The notes under the pieces were generated by a model. The model was not told the origin of the DNA. It did no database searches and was given only the letters and a program-made list of their open reading frames with translations. This document shows, in pieces, positions 20,888-30,134 of a stretch of DNA of 55,416 nt (positions are counted from its first letter, which is position 1; every line of letters begins with the position of its first letter). Position numbers and translations under genes: made by a program. This stretch comes from Bacilli bacterium (GTDB lineage: Bacteria; Bacillota_I; Bacilli_A; RFN20; CAG-826): positions 1 to 55,416 of the forward strand of contig JBNMLE010000002.1 in NCBI GenBank assembly GCA_050874705.1. Reading direction: 5' to 3'.

Positions 20888-20907
20888 TTTCAACAAAAAC
20901 TAAAATT

Positions 20908-20932
20908 GAACCGCTTCGGCGGTTCTTTTTTT
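20908..20932 (+). terminator. ppdK terminator
   Basis: GAACCGC-TTCG-GCGGTTC followed by TTTTTTT. Confidence 0.85.
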
Positions 20933-20958
20933 ATACTAATAAACAATTAAACAATATT

Positions 20959-20980
20959 AAAAAAGCAACCCTGAGGTTGC
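20959..20980 (-). terminator. Terminator of the rsmA-ispE-glmU-small-ORF transcription unit
   Basis: GCAACC-TCAG-GGTTGC on the minus strand followed by TTTTTT, 10 nt after the stop of the 90-aa ORF. Confidence 0.75.
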
Positions 20981-20989
20981 TAATTTTTA

Positions 20990-21262
20990 TTAATAATTAT
21001 TTGAATTCATTTTTGCTAAGGCTTTTGAATCGAAGCAGATATCGTTAGATTCGTTTACATATCCACCATAAGAATCGTTAATGTATATTTCGCTATTATC
21101 TTCTATATAGCCGACATATTGACCAAGAAGATAGATATCCCCTTCTTCTGTTAATGAGCCGAATTTATGTCCTTTAGCAAACATATCACCTTCATAAGAT
21201 ATATAGCCCACTAATTCGTCATCGATATATACATTTTTCCCATAGCAAGAAATAAATAACAT
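20990..21262 (-). CDS. Small internally repetitive beta-rich protein of unknown function
   Basis: 90 aa with about four degenerate repeats of the G-x-(I/V)Y...(V)GY(I/V) type (NVYIDDELVGYISYEGDMF / GDIYLLGQYVGYIEDNSEIYINDSYGGYVNESNDI). Its ATG overlaps the glmU stop (TAATG). Confidence 0.5.
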   Translation of the reverse strand: MLFISCYGKNVYIDDELVGYISYEGDMFAKGHKFGSLTEEGDIYLLGQYVGYIEDNSEIYINDSYGGYVNESNDICFDSKALAKMNSNNY

Positions 21263-22665
21263 TATTTTTTAGCTTCTTTCTTCGCTTTAGCGCGATTTTT
21301 AATAATATGTGAATATCCTGCTTTGTTATCTTGTTTACTTCTAGCAATCGCTAATTCATCTTTTTTTACATCGCGGGTAAGTGTTGATCCTGCCGCAATA
21401 AAAGCTTCATCTTCAATATTTAATGGAGCGATGATAACAGAACCACTTCCAACAAACACATCTTTTCCAATTGATGTATGAGACTTGTTATAGCCATCAT
21501 AATTCGCTGTTACAGTAAAACATCCAATATTTGTTCTTTCGCCGATTTCGCAGTCTCCTAGATATGTTAAATGTGCAGCTTTAACTCCTTTATGAAGTTT
21601 AGCGCCTTTAAGTTCTACGAAATTACCCACTCTTGAAGACTCTTCAACAAGTGCGTCACCACGCATACGACAAAATGGACCGATGATATTATTATTCAAT
21701 ATTGTAGAGTCCACTAAATGAGACATAGAAATGTTATTATCGTTTCCAATAAACATATTATTCAAATATGTGTTTGGACCAATTTCATTTCTTTGACCAA
21801 TTCGTGTATATCCTAAAATTGTTGTGTTAGGTTTAATAATTGTATCAGGTTCAATCTGGACATATGGGCCAATATAAGTATTATCAGGATCTTCGATGGT
21901 GACACCACTTAACATTAATTTTGTATTTATTCTTTGTTTCATTAATTTTGTTGCATATGAAAGTTGAACGCGGTCATTAATTCCAAGCATTTCTTCATCG
22001 CCAAGCATAATAGAAACACCTACTCTATGACCATGATGTCTAAATATTTCAATTAAATCAGTTAAATAATATTCGCCTGCTTTATTATTTGGTTTAAGTT
22101 CATCTAAATATTTAAATAGTAATTCATTATCAAAAACATAAACGCCTGTGTTGACGATATCAATTTTTCTTTCTTCTTCACTTGCGTCTTTTTGTTCAAC
22201 GATTTTTGTTAAATTTCCATCATTATCAATGATTAATCTTCCATATCCAAAAGGATTTGGCACTTTTGCGCCTAAAACTGTAATCTTATTTCCTTGTGAA
22301 AGATGTTCAGAAAGCATCTTATCGAGCGTTTCACTTCTAAGTAATGGGGCATCACCGCACAAAATAATTGTTTCGCCTTGTTTATTTTGAAGAACTGGTT
22401 TGGCCATCATAATAGCGTGACCCGTTCCTTTTTGTTCTTTTTGCCAAACTACAATAGACTCATCTTCGACTATTTTCTTTGAAGTTTCGCCGCCGAAACC
22501 AACAACTGTAACAATTTCATCAATTGCTAAAGGTTTAAGTGCGTTTAAAACATATTTAACAAGTGGTACACCTAAAATTTCATATGAAACTTTAGATTTA
22601 TTTTCAAGGAGCGATTTCATCCTTGAGCCTTTTCCGGCCGCTAAAACAATTGCGTATCTTTTCAT
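21262..22665 (-). CDS. glmU: Bifunctional UDP-N-acetylglucosamine pyrophosphorylase / glucosamine-1-phosphate N-acetyltransferase
   Basis: 467 aa with the N-terminal LAAGKGSRM nucleotidyltransferase motif and C-terminal left-handed beta-helix hexapeptide repeats. Confidence 0.95.
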   Translation of the reverse strand: MKRYAIVLAAGKGSRMKSLLENKSKVSYEILGVPLVKYVLNALKPLAIDEIVTVVGFGGETSKKIVEDESIVVWQKEQKGTGHAIMMAKPVLQNKQGETIILCGDAPLLRSETLDKMLSEHLSQGNKITVLGAKVPNPFGYGRLIIDNDGNLTKIVEQKDASEEERKIDIVNTGVYVFDNELLFKYLDELKPNNKAGEYYLTDLIEIFRHHGHRVGVSIMLGDEEMLGINDRVQLSYATKLMKQRINTKLMLSGVTIEDPDNTYIGPYVQIEPDTIIKPNTTILGYTRIGQRNEIGPNTYLNNMFIGNDNNISMSHLVDSTILNNNIIGPFCRMRGDALVEESSRVGNFVELKGAKLHKGVKAAHLTYLGDCEIGERTNIGCFTVTANYDGYNKSHTSIGKDVFVGSGSVIIAPLNIEDEAFIAAGSTLTRDVKKDELAIARSKQDNKAGYSHIIKNRAKAKKEAKK

Positions 22666-23510
22666 TTAAGTGTCCTCGTTAGATATACTTCATATCCTTC
22701 TTTCTCATATTTTTTATATAAATGTTTGGCAAGATGAACATCAGTTGTTAGACCATAAACACACGATCCACTGCCAGACATAAGAACCGCTTTAAGTCCA
22801 TCTTTTCTTAACATATCTTTAACATCTTGTATTTCTGGAGCGAGTTCAAGAGATGCTTTTTCAAGAGCGTTAAACATTGAATCCGCTAGAAGTTTGTCAT
22901 CGCCACTTTCTAAAGCTTTAATAACATTATCGACATTGCCATGATCTAAAGATATTGTATCAGCTTTTTCAAAGACGTGTTTAGTGGACAAGCCTCTTTC
23001 TGGTTTAATAATTAAAACTTCATATTGATGTTTTGGTTTAATAAAGGTAAGTTTTTCACCAATTCCTTCCACTAATGCAGGTTTGTTTTTCAAACAAAAC
23101 GGCACATCTGCACCTAGTGATTTCGCCATATCAATCATGGTTTTATCGTCCATTTTTAATTTAAGCATTGTGTTAAAGGCATTTAAAACTGCCGCAGCAT
23201 TAGAAGAGCCGCCACCAAGACCTGCTTTAATTGGAATTTCTTTATGAACAGAAATATTATAATTTTGAACAAAATAATATTTGTTTCTTAAAACTTTAAC
23301 TGTTAAATCAATTAAATTGTATTGAGTTTCACCCAATTCTAAATGATCACATGTGACATAACTATCCATCATATGTGGAATGCATTCAATGATAATTGTG
23401 TCATGAAGCTCAATTGGAAGCATGACCATCTTCATTTCGTGATATCCGTCATCTCTTTTTGAAAGAACATCAAGATACACATTAATTTTGGCGTAAGCAT
23501 TAACAAACAT
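22662..23510 (-). CDS. ispE: 4-diphosphocytidyl-2-C-methyl-D-erythritol kinase (MEP pathway)
   Basis: GHMP kinase motif GLGGGSSNAAA and N-terminal AYAKINVYLDV. Start placed at the ATG at 23510, with AGGTGG 8 nt upstream. The GTG at 23522 lies inside that RBS. Confidence 0.9.
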   Translation of the reverse strand: MFVNAYAKINVYLDVLSKRDDGYHEMKMVMLPIELHDTIIIECIPHMMDSYVTCDHLELGETQYNLIDLTVKVLRNKYYFVQNYNISVHKEIPIKAGLGGGSSNAAAVLNAFNTMLKLKMDDKTMIDMAKSLGADVPFCLKNKPALVEGIGEKLTFIKPKHQYEVLIIKPERGLSTKHVFEKADTISLDHGNVDNVIKALESGDDKLLADSMFNALEKASLELAPEIQDVKDMLRKDGLKAVLMSGSGSCVYGLTTDVHLAKHLYKKYEKEGYEVYLTRTLK

Positions 23511-23524
23511 ATTTATTACCACCT

Positions 23525-24340
23525 TTATTTTATAACAATGTTGTTAGTTTTTATTATATCTAATAATTTAAAATAATCATTTATTGACAAATTCTCTGGT
23601 CTAGAATTTATATCAATGTTGATATCCTGCAATATTTTTGTGCATTTTTCTTTATCATCAATTATTTTTGAAAGGCAATTTAAAATATTTTTTCTTCTAT
23701 GTACAAAAATTGTCTTCATCAATTTATATACTTCTTTATTGTCTTTATTTTTAATATTTTCGTTAATTATTAATGAAAAATAGCAAGAATCAACATGAGG
23801 AATTGGAACAAAGTTGTTTCTTCCTACATTTGTTTGATTAGAAATATTAGACACATATCTTAATAAAATTGATAAAGGAGAAATTTCTTTTGAATCTATG
23901 AGTTTTAAATAAACTTCTTTTTGCGTCATTAAAACAATCTTTTTAGCGTTGACTGCATTAAGCAATAAATATTCAATAATTCCAGAGGTTATATAATAAG
24001 GAAGATTACCAACAATTTTTGTATATCCTGAAACATCTTCTTTTAGAATATTCATTCTTTTAATGGTTTTGTTTTCGTTGTTTTTAAAATGTTCTAAAAG
24101 AAAATTTGTCATTCTTTCGTCAACATCGATAAAACATATTTTATTAGGTTTTTGCATTAAAAAATAAGAAAGTGAACCAAGCCCACAGCCAATTTCAAGT
24201 ACATTATCATCCTCATTGATATCTAAATTTGAAACGATATTTTCCGCGATAGATGGATTAACTAAAAAGTTTTGGCCAAGTGATTTATTGGCGATGTATT
24301 TATATGTTTTTATGTTATTAAAATATTCTTCTTTATTCAT
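23525..24340 (-). CDS. rsmA: 16S rRNA (adenine1518/1519-N6)-dimethyltransferase
   Basis: 271 aa with LGQNFL and the SAM motif LEIGCGLGSLS. Confidence 0.93.
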   Translation of the reverse strand: MNKEEYFNNIKTYKYIANKSLGQNFLVNPSIAENIVSNLDINEDDNVLEIGCGLGSLSYFLMQKPNKICFIDVDERMTNFLLEHFKNNENKTIKRMNILKEDVSGYTKIVGNLPYYITSGIIEYLLLNAVNAKKIVLMTQKEVYLKLIDSKEISPLSILLRYVSNISNQTNVGRNNFVPIPHVDSCYFSLIINENIKNKDNKEVYKLMKTIFVHRRKNILNCLSKIIDDKEKCTKILQDINIDINSRPENLSINDYFKLLDIIKTNNIVIK

Positions 24341-24869
24341 ACATTATTCTTTCTACATCTTCTTTATTCATTTTTAAAATATTAAGTTTTTTATATAATG
24401 ATTTTCCATTATTAAATCCAAGAGATAATTTTCTTGATAATAATTCTCTTTTTTCCTTTGATTCGTTGCATCCAATTAATCCAAGATTTAATAAATCGTT
24501 ATATGAAATATATTCTTTTTCGTTTTTAGTGTTTGTAAATACATTATTTAACGCTCTGTAAATCTCATCAATGTCGCATTCTGCAACACCGACTTTATGA
24601 TTCTTTATCGCGTGTTCTTTATTAATAAATATATGTTTTAACCCAGGAATTTCTTGATCTAGCATATCTCTAATTCTTTTTCCTGGTGAATCTGGATCAG
24701 TTAAAACTATGATGTCTTTTTCTTTAGAAATTGTTTTTAAATATGAAATAGTTTCATTAGGAATTTCTGATCCGTTAGTGGTCACAAAATCAGCTTCAAA
24801 ATAATTGCTTAAATAAGCAACATCTGTTTTTCCTTCTACCACTAATACGGCATCAATAATTTTTTTCAT
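24333..24869 (-). CDS. rnmV: Ribonuclease M5 (Toprim domain)
   Basis: 178 aa with VVEGKTD and LTDPDSPG Toprim motifs. Has the tatD-rnmV-rsmA order seen in Bacillus. Confidence 0.9.
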   Translation of the reverse strand: MKKIIDAVLVVEGKTDVAYLSNYFEADFVTTNGSEIPNETISYLKTISKEKDIIVLTDPDSPGKRIRDMLDQEIPGLKHIFINKEHAIKNHKVGVAECDIDEIYRALNNVFTNTKNEKEYISYNDLLNLGLIGCNESKEKRELLSRKLSLGFNNGKSLYKKLNILKMNKEDVERIMYE

Positions 24870-25636
24870 AATTTAAATACGTCGAGAAAGTTTTTTGATG
24901 AATCATTTTCTACTTTTTCGCTAGAAATGTTTCTTAAATTAGCAATTTCATCTCTTATAAAAGATAAATATTTTGAATGATTTGCTTCTCCGCGATGTGG
25001 AACAGGAGTTAAATATGGGGCGTCGGTTTCTAAAACATAATCGTTATCGGATATGTTTTTAACAACATCTTTTATCTTAATTACATTTTTAAAAGTGCAT
25101 GTGCCTCCAATTCCGAGTTTATAACCGAGTTTTATAAAAAGCTCCGCCATTTCTTTTGAACCGGAATAACAATGTATAATTCCTTTATTTTTAATTCGAT
25201 GTTCTTTAAGGATTTTATAGCAATCTTCATAAGCATCGCGGCAATGTATCGAAACTGGTAAATTATATTTGTTAGCCAATTTGATTTGTTTGATAAACAT
25301 TTCTTTTTGACTCATTTTTAATTTATCGTCTTTTTCCCAATAATAATCCAAACCAATTTCACCAACGCCGATGACTTTTTTATTATTTTTTATGAGATCT
25401 TCGATTGATTCTAAGTCGTTTTCTCCCATATTTTTTACTTCATTAGGAATAATTCCAACAATTGCATAAACGCTTGTAAATCTATTTGCTATATTAACTG
25501 CGTCAATTGAGCTTTTTAAATCATATCCAACAACAACCATTATTTGGACATTGTTTTCTAATGCTTCGTTTACATAATCGCCTGCTTTATTTAGATAAAG
25601 CGGATCATTTATATGGCAATGTGAATCAATTAACAT
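24866..25636 (-). CDS. tatD: TatD-family metal-dependent DNase/hydrolase
   Basis: 256 aa with MLIDSHCH, EIGLDY and HCRDA motifs. Confidence 0.9.
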   Translation of the reverse strand: MLIDSHCHINDPLYLNKAGDYVNEALENNVQIMVVVGYDLKSSIDAVNIANRFTSVYAIVGIIPNEVKNMGENDLESIEDLIKNNKKVIGVGEIGLDYYWEKDDKLKMSQKEMFIKQIKLANKYNLPVSIHCRDAYEDCYKILKEHRIKNKGIIHCYSGSKEMAELFIKLGYKLGIGGTCTFKNVIKIKDVVKNISDNDYVLETDAPYLTPVPHRGEANHSKYLSFIRDEIANLRNISSEKVENDSSKNFLDVFKL

Positions 25637-25637
25637 A

Positions 25638-26951
25638 TTATTTTCCTACGCAAAAACGTGAGAATATCTCATCCACCAAATCGTTTTTATTGCTTTCTCC
25701 TAAAAGTTCTAAAGAGGCGTTATAACCCACCATTAAAGATGTTGAAATTAAATCTATTGGTTCATCGTTTTTCGCATCTTCAATAGCTTGTGATAAATTT
25801 AATACGATATTTTTGAGCACTCCTAACTGTCTTGTGTTGTTAAAAGATGGTTTAACATTGAGTTCACCAATATCCATCGTTTCTTTAATTTTTTCTAGCA
25901 AAGGTTTAATATCTTTTTCTTTTGCGGAAACATAAAGTTTATTCTTATCGTTATCATTAAAAATATCTTTTTTGTTATAAACAATAATATGTTTTTTATC
26001 TTTTATAAGATTATATAAAGATGTGTCTATTCCTGTTTCATCAACAACAAATAATATTAAATCGCTTTCGTTAATGCTGTTTTTTGCTTTTTCAATGCCG
26101 ATTTGTTCTATGATATCATCTGATTCGTGAAGACCAGCTGTATCATATAAATGGATTGGAACACCCGTAAGAGAAAAGTCGCCTTCAACAATATCTCTTG
26201 TTGTTCCTGCGATAGATGTAACAATTGCCTTATCTTCATTTATAAGAGCGTTTAATAGTGATGATTTTCCAACATTTGGTTTTCCAACTATCGCAATTTT
26301 TAAACCTTCGCGATACATTTTGTCTTTTTCACCTTGTTTGATGAGTTCATCAAGTAAGGCAATAATCTCTTTTGAAGTTTTAATTATCTCTTCTTTAGAA
26401 GTGATTTCTATATCTTCGTATTCAGGATAATCAATATTGACTTCTACTTTCGCTAATAATTCGCCAATTTTTTCTTTTATTGGTTTAAAAACTTTTGAAT
26501 TTTCTCCTTTTAATGCAAGCATTGATAATTCTTTTGCTTCATCTGTTGTTGCATTAATCATGTCGTTGATCGCTTCTGCTTGAATTAAATCAACTTTTCC
26601 ATTTAAAAATGCGCGAGAAGAAAATTCTCCGTTTGTGGCATAGCGGGCGCCATTTTTGAGTATAAGTTTTATTATTTGGTCCGCTATAAGCATTGAACCG
26701 TGACAAATAATTTCGATGCTATCTTCACCAGTAAATGAGTGAGGTGCGACATAAGTTAGAAGAACAACTTGGTCGATTTCTTTATCACCGTCTTTGATAT
26801 AACCAAAATGAATATCTCTTTTTTTATTTACCCTTAAATCTTTTGAAAATATTTTCGAAACAACATCAAAACAATCATCACCGGACAAGCGGATAATTGC
26901 TAATGCGGATTTGAGTTTTGGGGTTGCTAGTGCAACAATTGTTTCAAACAT
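25638..26951 (-). CDS. mnmE: tRNA modification GTPase MnmE
   Basis: 437 aa with G1 GKPNVGKSSLLN, G3 DTAG, and the C-terminal CVGK. Confidence 0.95.
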   Translation of the reverse strand: MFETIVALATPKLKSALAIIRLSGDDCFDVVSKIFSKDLRVNKKRDIHFGYIKDGDKEIDQVVLLTYVAPHSFTGEDSIEIICHGSMLIADQIIKLILKNGARYATNGEFSSRAFLNGKVDLIQAEAINDMINATTDEAKELSMLALKGENSKVFKPIKEKIGELLAKVEVNIDYPEYEDIEITSKEEIIKTSKEIIALLDELIKQGEKDKMYREGLKIAIVGKPNVGKSSLLNALINEDKAIVTSIAGTTRDIVEGDFSLTGVPIHLYDTAGLHESDDIIEQIGIEKAKNSINESDLILFVVDETGIDTSLYNLIKDKKHIIVYNKKDIFNDNDKNKLYVSAKEKDIKPLLEKIKETMDIGELNVKPSFNNTRQLGVLKNIVLNLSQAIEDAKNDEPIDLISTSLMVGYNASLELLGESNKNDLVDEIFSRFCVGK

Positions 26952-26980
26952 AAATAATAAAAATAGAGTATAAAACTCTA

Positions 26981-27583
26981 TTATTCAACATATTTAATTG
27001 TTATGGCGCGGTGTCTACCTTCACCAGATGATTCGGTTTTAATATGTGAGAAGTTCGCTAATGCGTTATGGACAACTCTTCTTTCATCGCTTGGCATTGG
27101 ATCAAGAGTTGCATCTTGTTTACTTTTTTGAACTTCTTTTGCTGCTTTTCTAGCAATGAAAGCCACTCTTGAATATTTGCTATCCTTGTAATCGCCGATA
27201 TCTAATAAAACGCGGTAACGACGACGGAATTTTCCGCTGACAGCTAAACGAACAAGTTCGTTAAGTGCTTGAAGAGTAACACCGTTTTTGCCAATTAAAA
27301 TTGGGTTGTGGTTAGAATTAATTTCAATTCTCATAATATCATCTTCTAAAGATGTTTTTGTTGTTACACCACCAACACCTAAAGCTTCGATAACGTCTTT
27401 AATATAATTTTCAGCAAATTCGATTGCGTCGGTTAATTCATATACTTCGATCGTTGCTTTTTTAGAGAAAATTGATTTCTTTTCTTCTATAACTTTAAAT
27501 ACAAGTTGATCTTCTGGTAAGCCAAGTTCTTCACTTGCTAATTTTACTGCTTCATCAACAGTTTTTGCTGTAAATTGTTTCAT
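26981..27583 (-). CDS. jag: Jag/KhpB RNA-binding protein (Jag_N, KH, R3H)
   Basis: 200 aa with a C-terminal R3H region (ERRVVHNALA) and a conserved position after yidC. Confidence 0.88.
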   Translation of the reverse strand: MKQFTAKTVDEAVKLASEELGLPEDQLVFKVIEEKKSIFSKKATIEVYELTDAIEFAENYIKDVIEALGVGGVTTKTSLEDDIMRIEINSNHNPILIGKNGVTLQALNELVRLAVSGKFRRRYRVLLDIGDYKDSKYSRVAFIARKAAKEVQKSKQDATLDPMPSDERRVVHNALANFSHIKTESSGEGRHRAITIKYVE

Positions 27584-27597
27584 TTATATAACTCCTA

Positions 27598-29160
27598 TTA
27601 TTTTTTGTGTTTTTTTCTAGACACGATTAATTGGGTAATCAACGATTGTGCCAATGAGAAAATAGCACCAATTAACCAATAAACACCCATTGCAGCAGGT
27701 AAGCTAAATCCCATGAATATAATAAGAATAAGCATTCCATAGCTAACAATATTCATTGTTTTGTTTTGTTGTGTTTGTGCAGGATTTGCACTTAATTTAG
27801 CAACTTTCTTTGTTTTTGCTTTAGCAATCCATTGTGGTAATTTCATCGCTAAGAATTGACCAGCGGACATAAGAATAAATAAGACTAAAGCAGTCCACCA
27901 TCCACCACTATTTCCTGGGAGTGTGGATACATTCATTAATGCGTCTTTAATTGATGTTGAAAGATCGAGACCTAGGAAAGAGCCTGTTGATAAAACAGCA
28001 GATCCGCTCATAGCGCCCCAAACACCAATAAAGATTGGGAATTGAATAAGCATAACCAATAGTTGAGACATTGGGTTAACTTTATTTTTCTTATAAAGCT
28101 TCATCTGCTCTTCAGCAAGACGTTGCTTTTCAGATTGATTAGTATTTGAGTTTGGATATTTGGCTTGAATTTTTGCTAATTCAGGTTGTAATGCGGTCAT
28201 CTTTTGTTGTGTTAAAACAGATTTGAATGTTGCACCAAAGATGAACAATCTAACCAAAATTGTTACGATTACAAGCGCTAAAAGTTGTGGCCATCCTTCC
28301 ATCATTGCTGTTGTATTTGCGCCACCAGCAAATGCGATTGATAATGTGTCGGTTAACCATGCAACAGGGAAAACAATTAATCCTGAAACAGGGCCTTTTT
28401 GCCAAGCATAAGCCCAGTCTTTTGCTTCAATTGTAACGCCAACATCATCAGAATATGTCTTGCCATAGTTTCCATATGTTCCTTCAACGGTGGCAATACA
28501 AGATTTCTTTTGATTTACATATGTATTCAATGTCGTTTTATAAAGATTAACATAATCTGTTGTTGGACAAAGTTCTATGCCTGTAACGTGACCGTTGGTC
28601 TTATGTTGTGCTTCAAATTCTAAAGCGATTTCAGCGTTCATCAAATCGTAATTTCCCCAGAGTTTATCTTCTCCGCTGAAGAATTTGATGAATCCGTAAT
28701 TTGTCAAAACCTCATTTGCTTGTTCATGTGTAATTGTTGAAGTTTGATATGTTTTACTTTCACCAATTGCAACTGTAAGCAATTTTGTATCAAAAGCAGT
28801 TAAATATTCAGGAGTTGGTCTTGCGATATTTCTTGAATTTGCTGCTTTAATAACTTCTGATAGTTTGGCGGATTTGGTGTACATGTCATATTGATCAAGT
28901 TCAACGCGTCTCCAAAGATTTGGGTTATCTTCATAAACTTGTTCAACAATAACTTTGTATCCTAAATCAATTTTTTCTTGGCCAATATTGCCAGCTTCTT
29001 CTTTTGTTGCAAAATATTCACTTACACCTGGTTCACTAGCAAAAAGAATGCGACTTTGTTCTTTTGCATTACAAAAGTTGTTAGTCACACAACCAGACGC
29101 AACAAAAGCAGTCATAAGGAATAGGCCTGCAGTTAATGTTATGCTATGCGATTTTTTCAC
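27598..29160 (-). CDS. yidC: Membrane protein insertase YidC, lipoprotein form with a long extracytoplasmic N-domain
   Basis: 520 aa. It has a signal peptide with lipobox VASG|C, about 270 aa of soluble domain, then the YidC/Oxa1 core (five TM helices, basic C-tail SRKKHKK). Conserved rnpA-yidC-jag context. Confidence 0.9.
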   Translation of the reverse strand: MKKSHSITLTAGLFLMTAFVASGCVTNNFCNAKEQSRILFASEPGVSEYFATKEEAGNIGQEKIDLGYKVIVEQVYEDNPNLWRRVELDQYDMYTKSAKLSEVIKAANSRNIARPTPEYLTAFDTKLLTVAIGESKTYQTSTITHEQANEVLTNYGFIKFFSGEDKLWGNYDLMNAEIALEFEAQHKTNGHVTGIELCPTTDYVNLYKTTLNTYVNQKKSCIATVEGTYGNYGKTYSDDVGVTIEAKDWAYAWQKGPVSGLIVFPVAWLTDTLSIAFAGGANTTAMMEGWPQLLALVIVTILVRLFIFGATFKSVLTQQKMTALQPELAKIQAKYPNSNTNQSEKQRLAEEQMKLYKKNKVNPMSQLLVMLIQFPIFIGVWGAMSGSAVLSTGSFLGLDLSTSIKDALMNVSTLPGNSGGWWTALVLFILMSAGQFLAMKLPQWIAKAKTKKVAKLSANPAQTQQNKTMNIVSYGMLILIIFMGFSLPAAMGVYWLIGAIFSLAQSLITQLIVSRKKHKK

Positions 29161-29488
29161 TATTGTTTCCTACTTTACTAAATAACGAGACGATATCTGA
29201 GGTAGTTTTTTCAAAATTATTGATATCGTAGTTTCTGCGAGCTATTAAGATATAATCGAAACTTTTATTAATATCTAATTCTTTGGCAAGAATTGCTCTA
29301 ATTTGTCGTCTCATCTTGTTCCTGACGACAGCTGATCCGCTTTTGGTAGGGATTGAAATCCCCACCCTTGCGTATCCTAAATCGTTTGAAAGGTAATAAA
29401 GAGTTAATGAAGGACTTTTTAGAATTTTGCCTTCGGAAATAACTTTTTGAAATTCGTTATATTTTTTTACTCTATTTTTTACTTTCAT
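29144..29488 (-). CDS. rnpA: Ribonuclease P protein component
   Basis: 114 aa with the RNR-type motif GSAVVRNKMRRQIR, immediately downstream of rpmH. Confidence 0.93.
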   Translation of the reverse strand: MKVKNRVKKYNEFQKVISEGKILKSPSLTLYYLSNDLGYARVGISIPTKSGSAVVRNKMRRQIRAILAKELDINKSFDYILIARRNYDINNFEKTTSDIVSLFSKVGNNSEKIA

Positions 29489-29494
29489 TTTAAA

Positions 29495-29629
29495 TTAGGC
29501 AGTTAATTTTGCTCTGCCTTTTGCACGACGTGCCGCTAAAACTTTACGGCCGTTTTTTGTTGACATTCTAGCGCGGAATCCGTGGACGTTGCGTCTATGT
29601 GTCTTACTTGGTTGATAAGTTCTTTTCAT
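29495..29629 (-). CDS. rpmH: 50S ribosomal protein L34
   Basis: Not in the ORF track because it is under 60 aa. My translation is [44 protein letters not shown] (44 aa). AGGAG RBS 8 nt upstream. Confidence 0.95.
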   Translation of the reverse strand: MKRTYQPSKTHRRNVHGFRARMSTKNGRKVLAARRAKGRAKLTA

Positions 29630-29667
29630 TTGGGATATCTCCTTAGTGTTTTATACACGCGAAATGA

Positions 29668-29696
29668 ATTATATATGCATACGAGCAAATAATCAA
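29668..29696 (-). promoter_or_regulatory. rpmH promoter
   Basis: On the minus strand: TTGATT (29696-29691), a 17-nt spacer, then TATAAT (29673-29668), about 38 nt upstream of the rpmH ATG. Confidence 0.5.
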
Positions 29697-29932
29697 ATGT
29701 TTTTGCACGTGTATGTGCGTGCGTTCATTATTTATAAACACAACCAGCTTGATTATTGTACGCTTTCCACATTTTTACACAAAATAAGATTGTTTTTTAC
29801 AAAAATGTGAGCATCTTTTCTACCATAAAACTATATGTGATTTTCCTATTGTTGAAAATGTGTACAAAAATTAAAAACGCAATATTTTATCGAAACTATT
29901 TGTTAACATTTTATGCATAATTGACTTTTTTG

Positions 29933-30059
29933 TGTTGATAAAATTAAAAAGTTTTCCACACAAAATTGTGAGCACTAAAATTATCAACACTGAAAGTTGT
30001 GGAAAACTCGCAAAAATTAGTCTTTATCGATACAATTATTTGACTTTAATTGTGGATAA
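29933..30059. other. oriC part 1: DnaA-box cluster upstream of dnaA
   Basis: One perfect box, TGTGGATAA, at 30051-30059. Four one-mismatch boxes: TGTTGATAA 29933-29941, TTTTCCACA 29952-29960, TTATCAACA 29981-29989, TGTGGAAAA 29998-30006. Weaker 2-mismatch boxes at 29763-29781 and 29859-29867. Confidence 0.8.
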
Positions 30060-30134
30060 CTTTTTTGTGGTTTTTTTCTCGTTTATTCTACTGTTTTTTA
30101 ATAGTATACTTTCTATTTGAAAGAGGACAATCGA

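Noticed and set aside
26962-26982. Hairpin AATAGAGT-TTTAT-ACTCTATT plus T-rich tail between jag and mnmE, as an internal terminator
   Set aside because: The stem is 8 bp with only two G:C pairs. It overlaps the jag stop codon and ends 10 nt before the mnmE ATG. That is too weak to call, and it may simply be AT-rich chance symmetry.
29803-29975. Two copies of AA(A/T)TGTGAGCA within the oriC upstream region, as a separate regulatory repeat family
   Set aside because: There are only two copies and no known consensus. I mention them under the oriC finding rather than calling them a feature.
30117-30134. Longer N-terminal extensions offered by the ORF track: dnaA TTG 30117, tadA GTG 41302, recF 33036, mscL 49070, tldD 53863, degV 49153, ispE 23522, FGGY 18109, yabO 10892, pth 14912, ATPase 41863
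   Set aside because: In each case a downstream ATG matches the conserved family N-terminus, has a proper GGAGG-type RBS, or both. The extension would overlap a neighbouring gene, an RBS or the SRP RNA.
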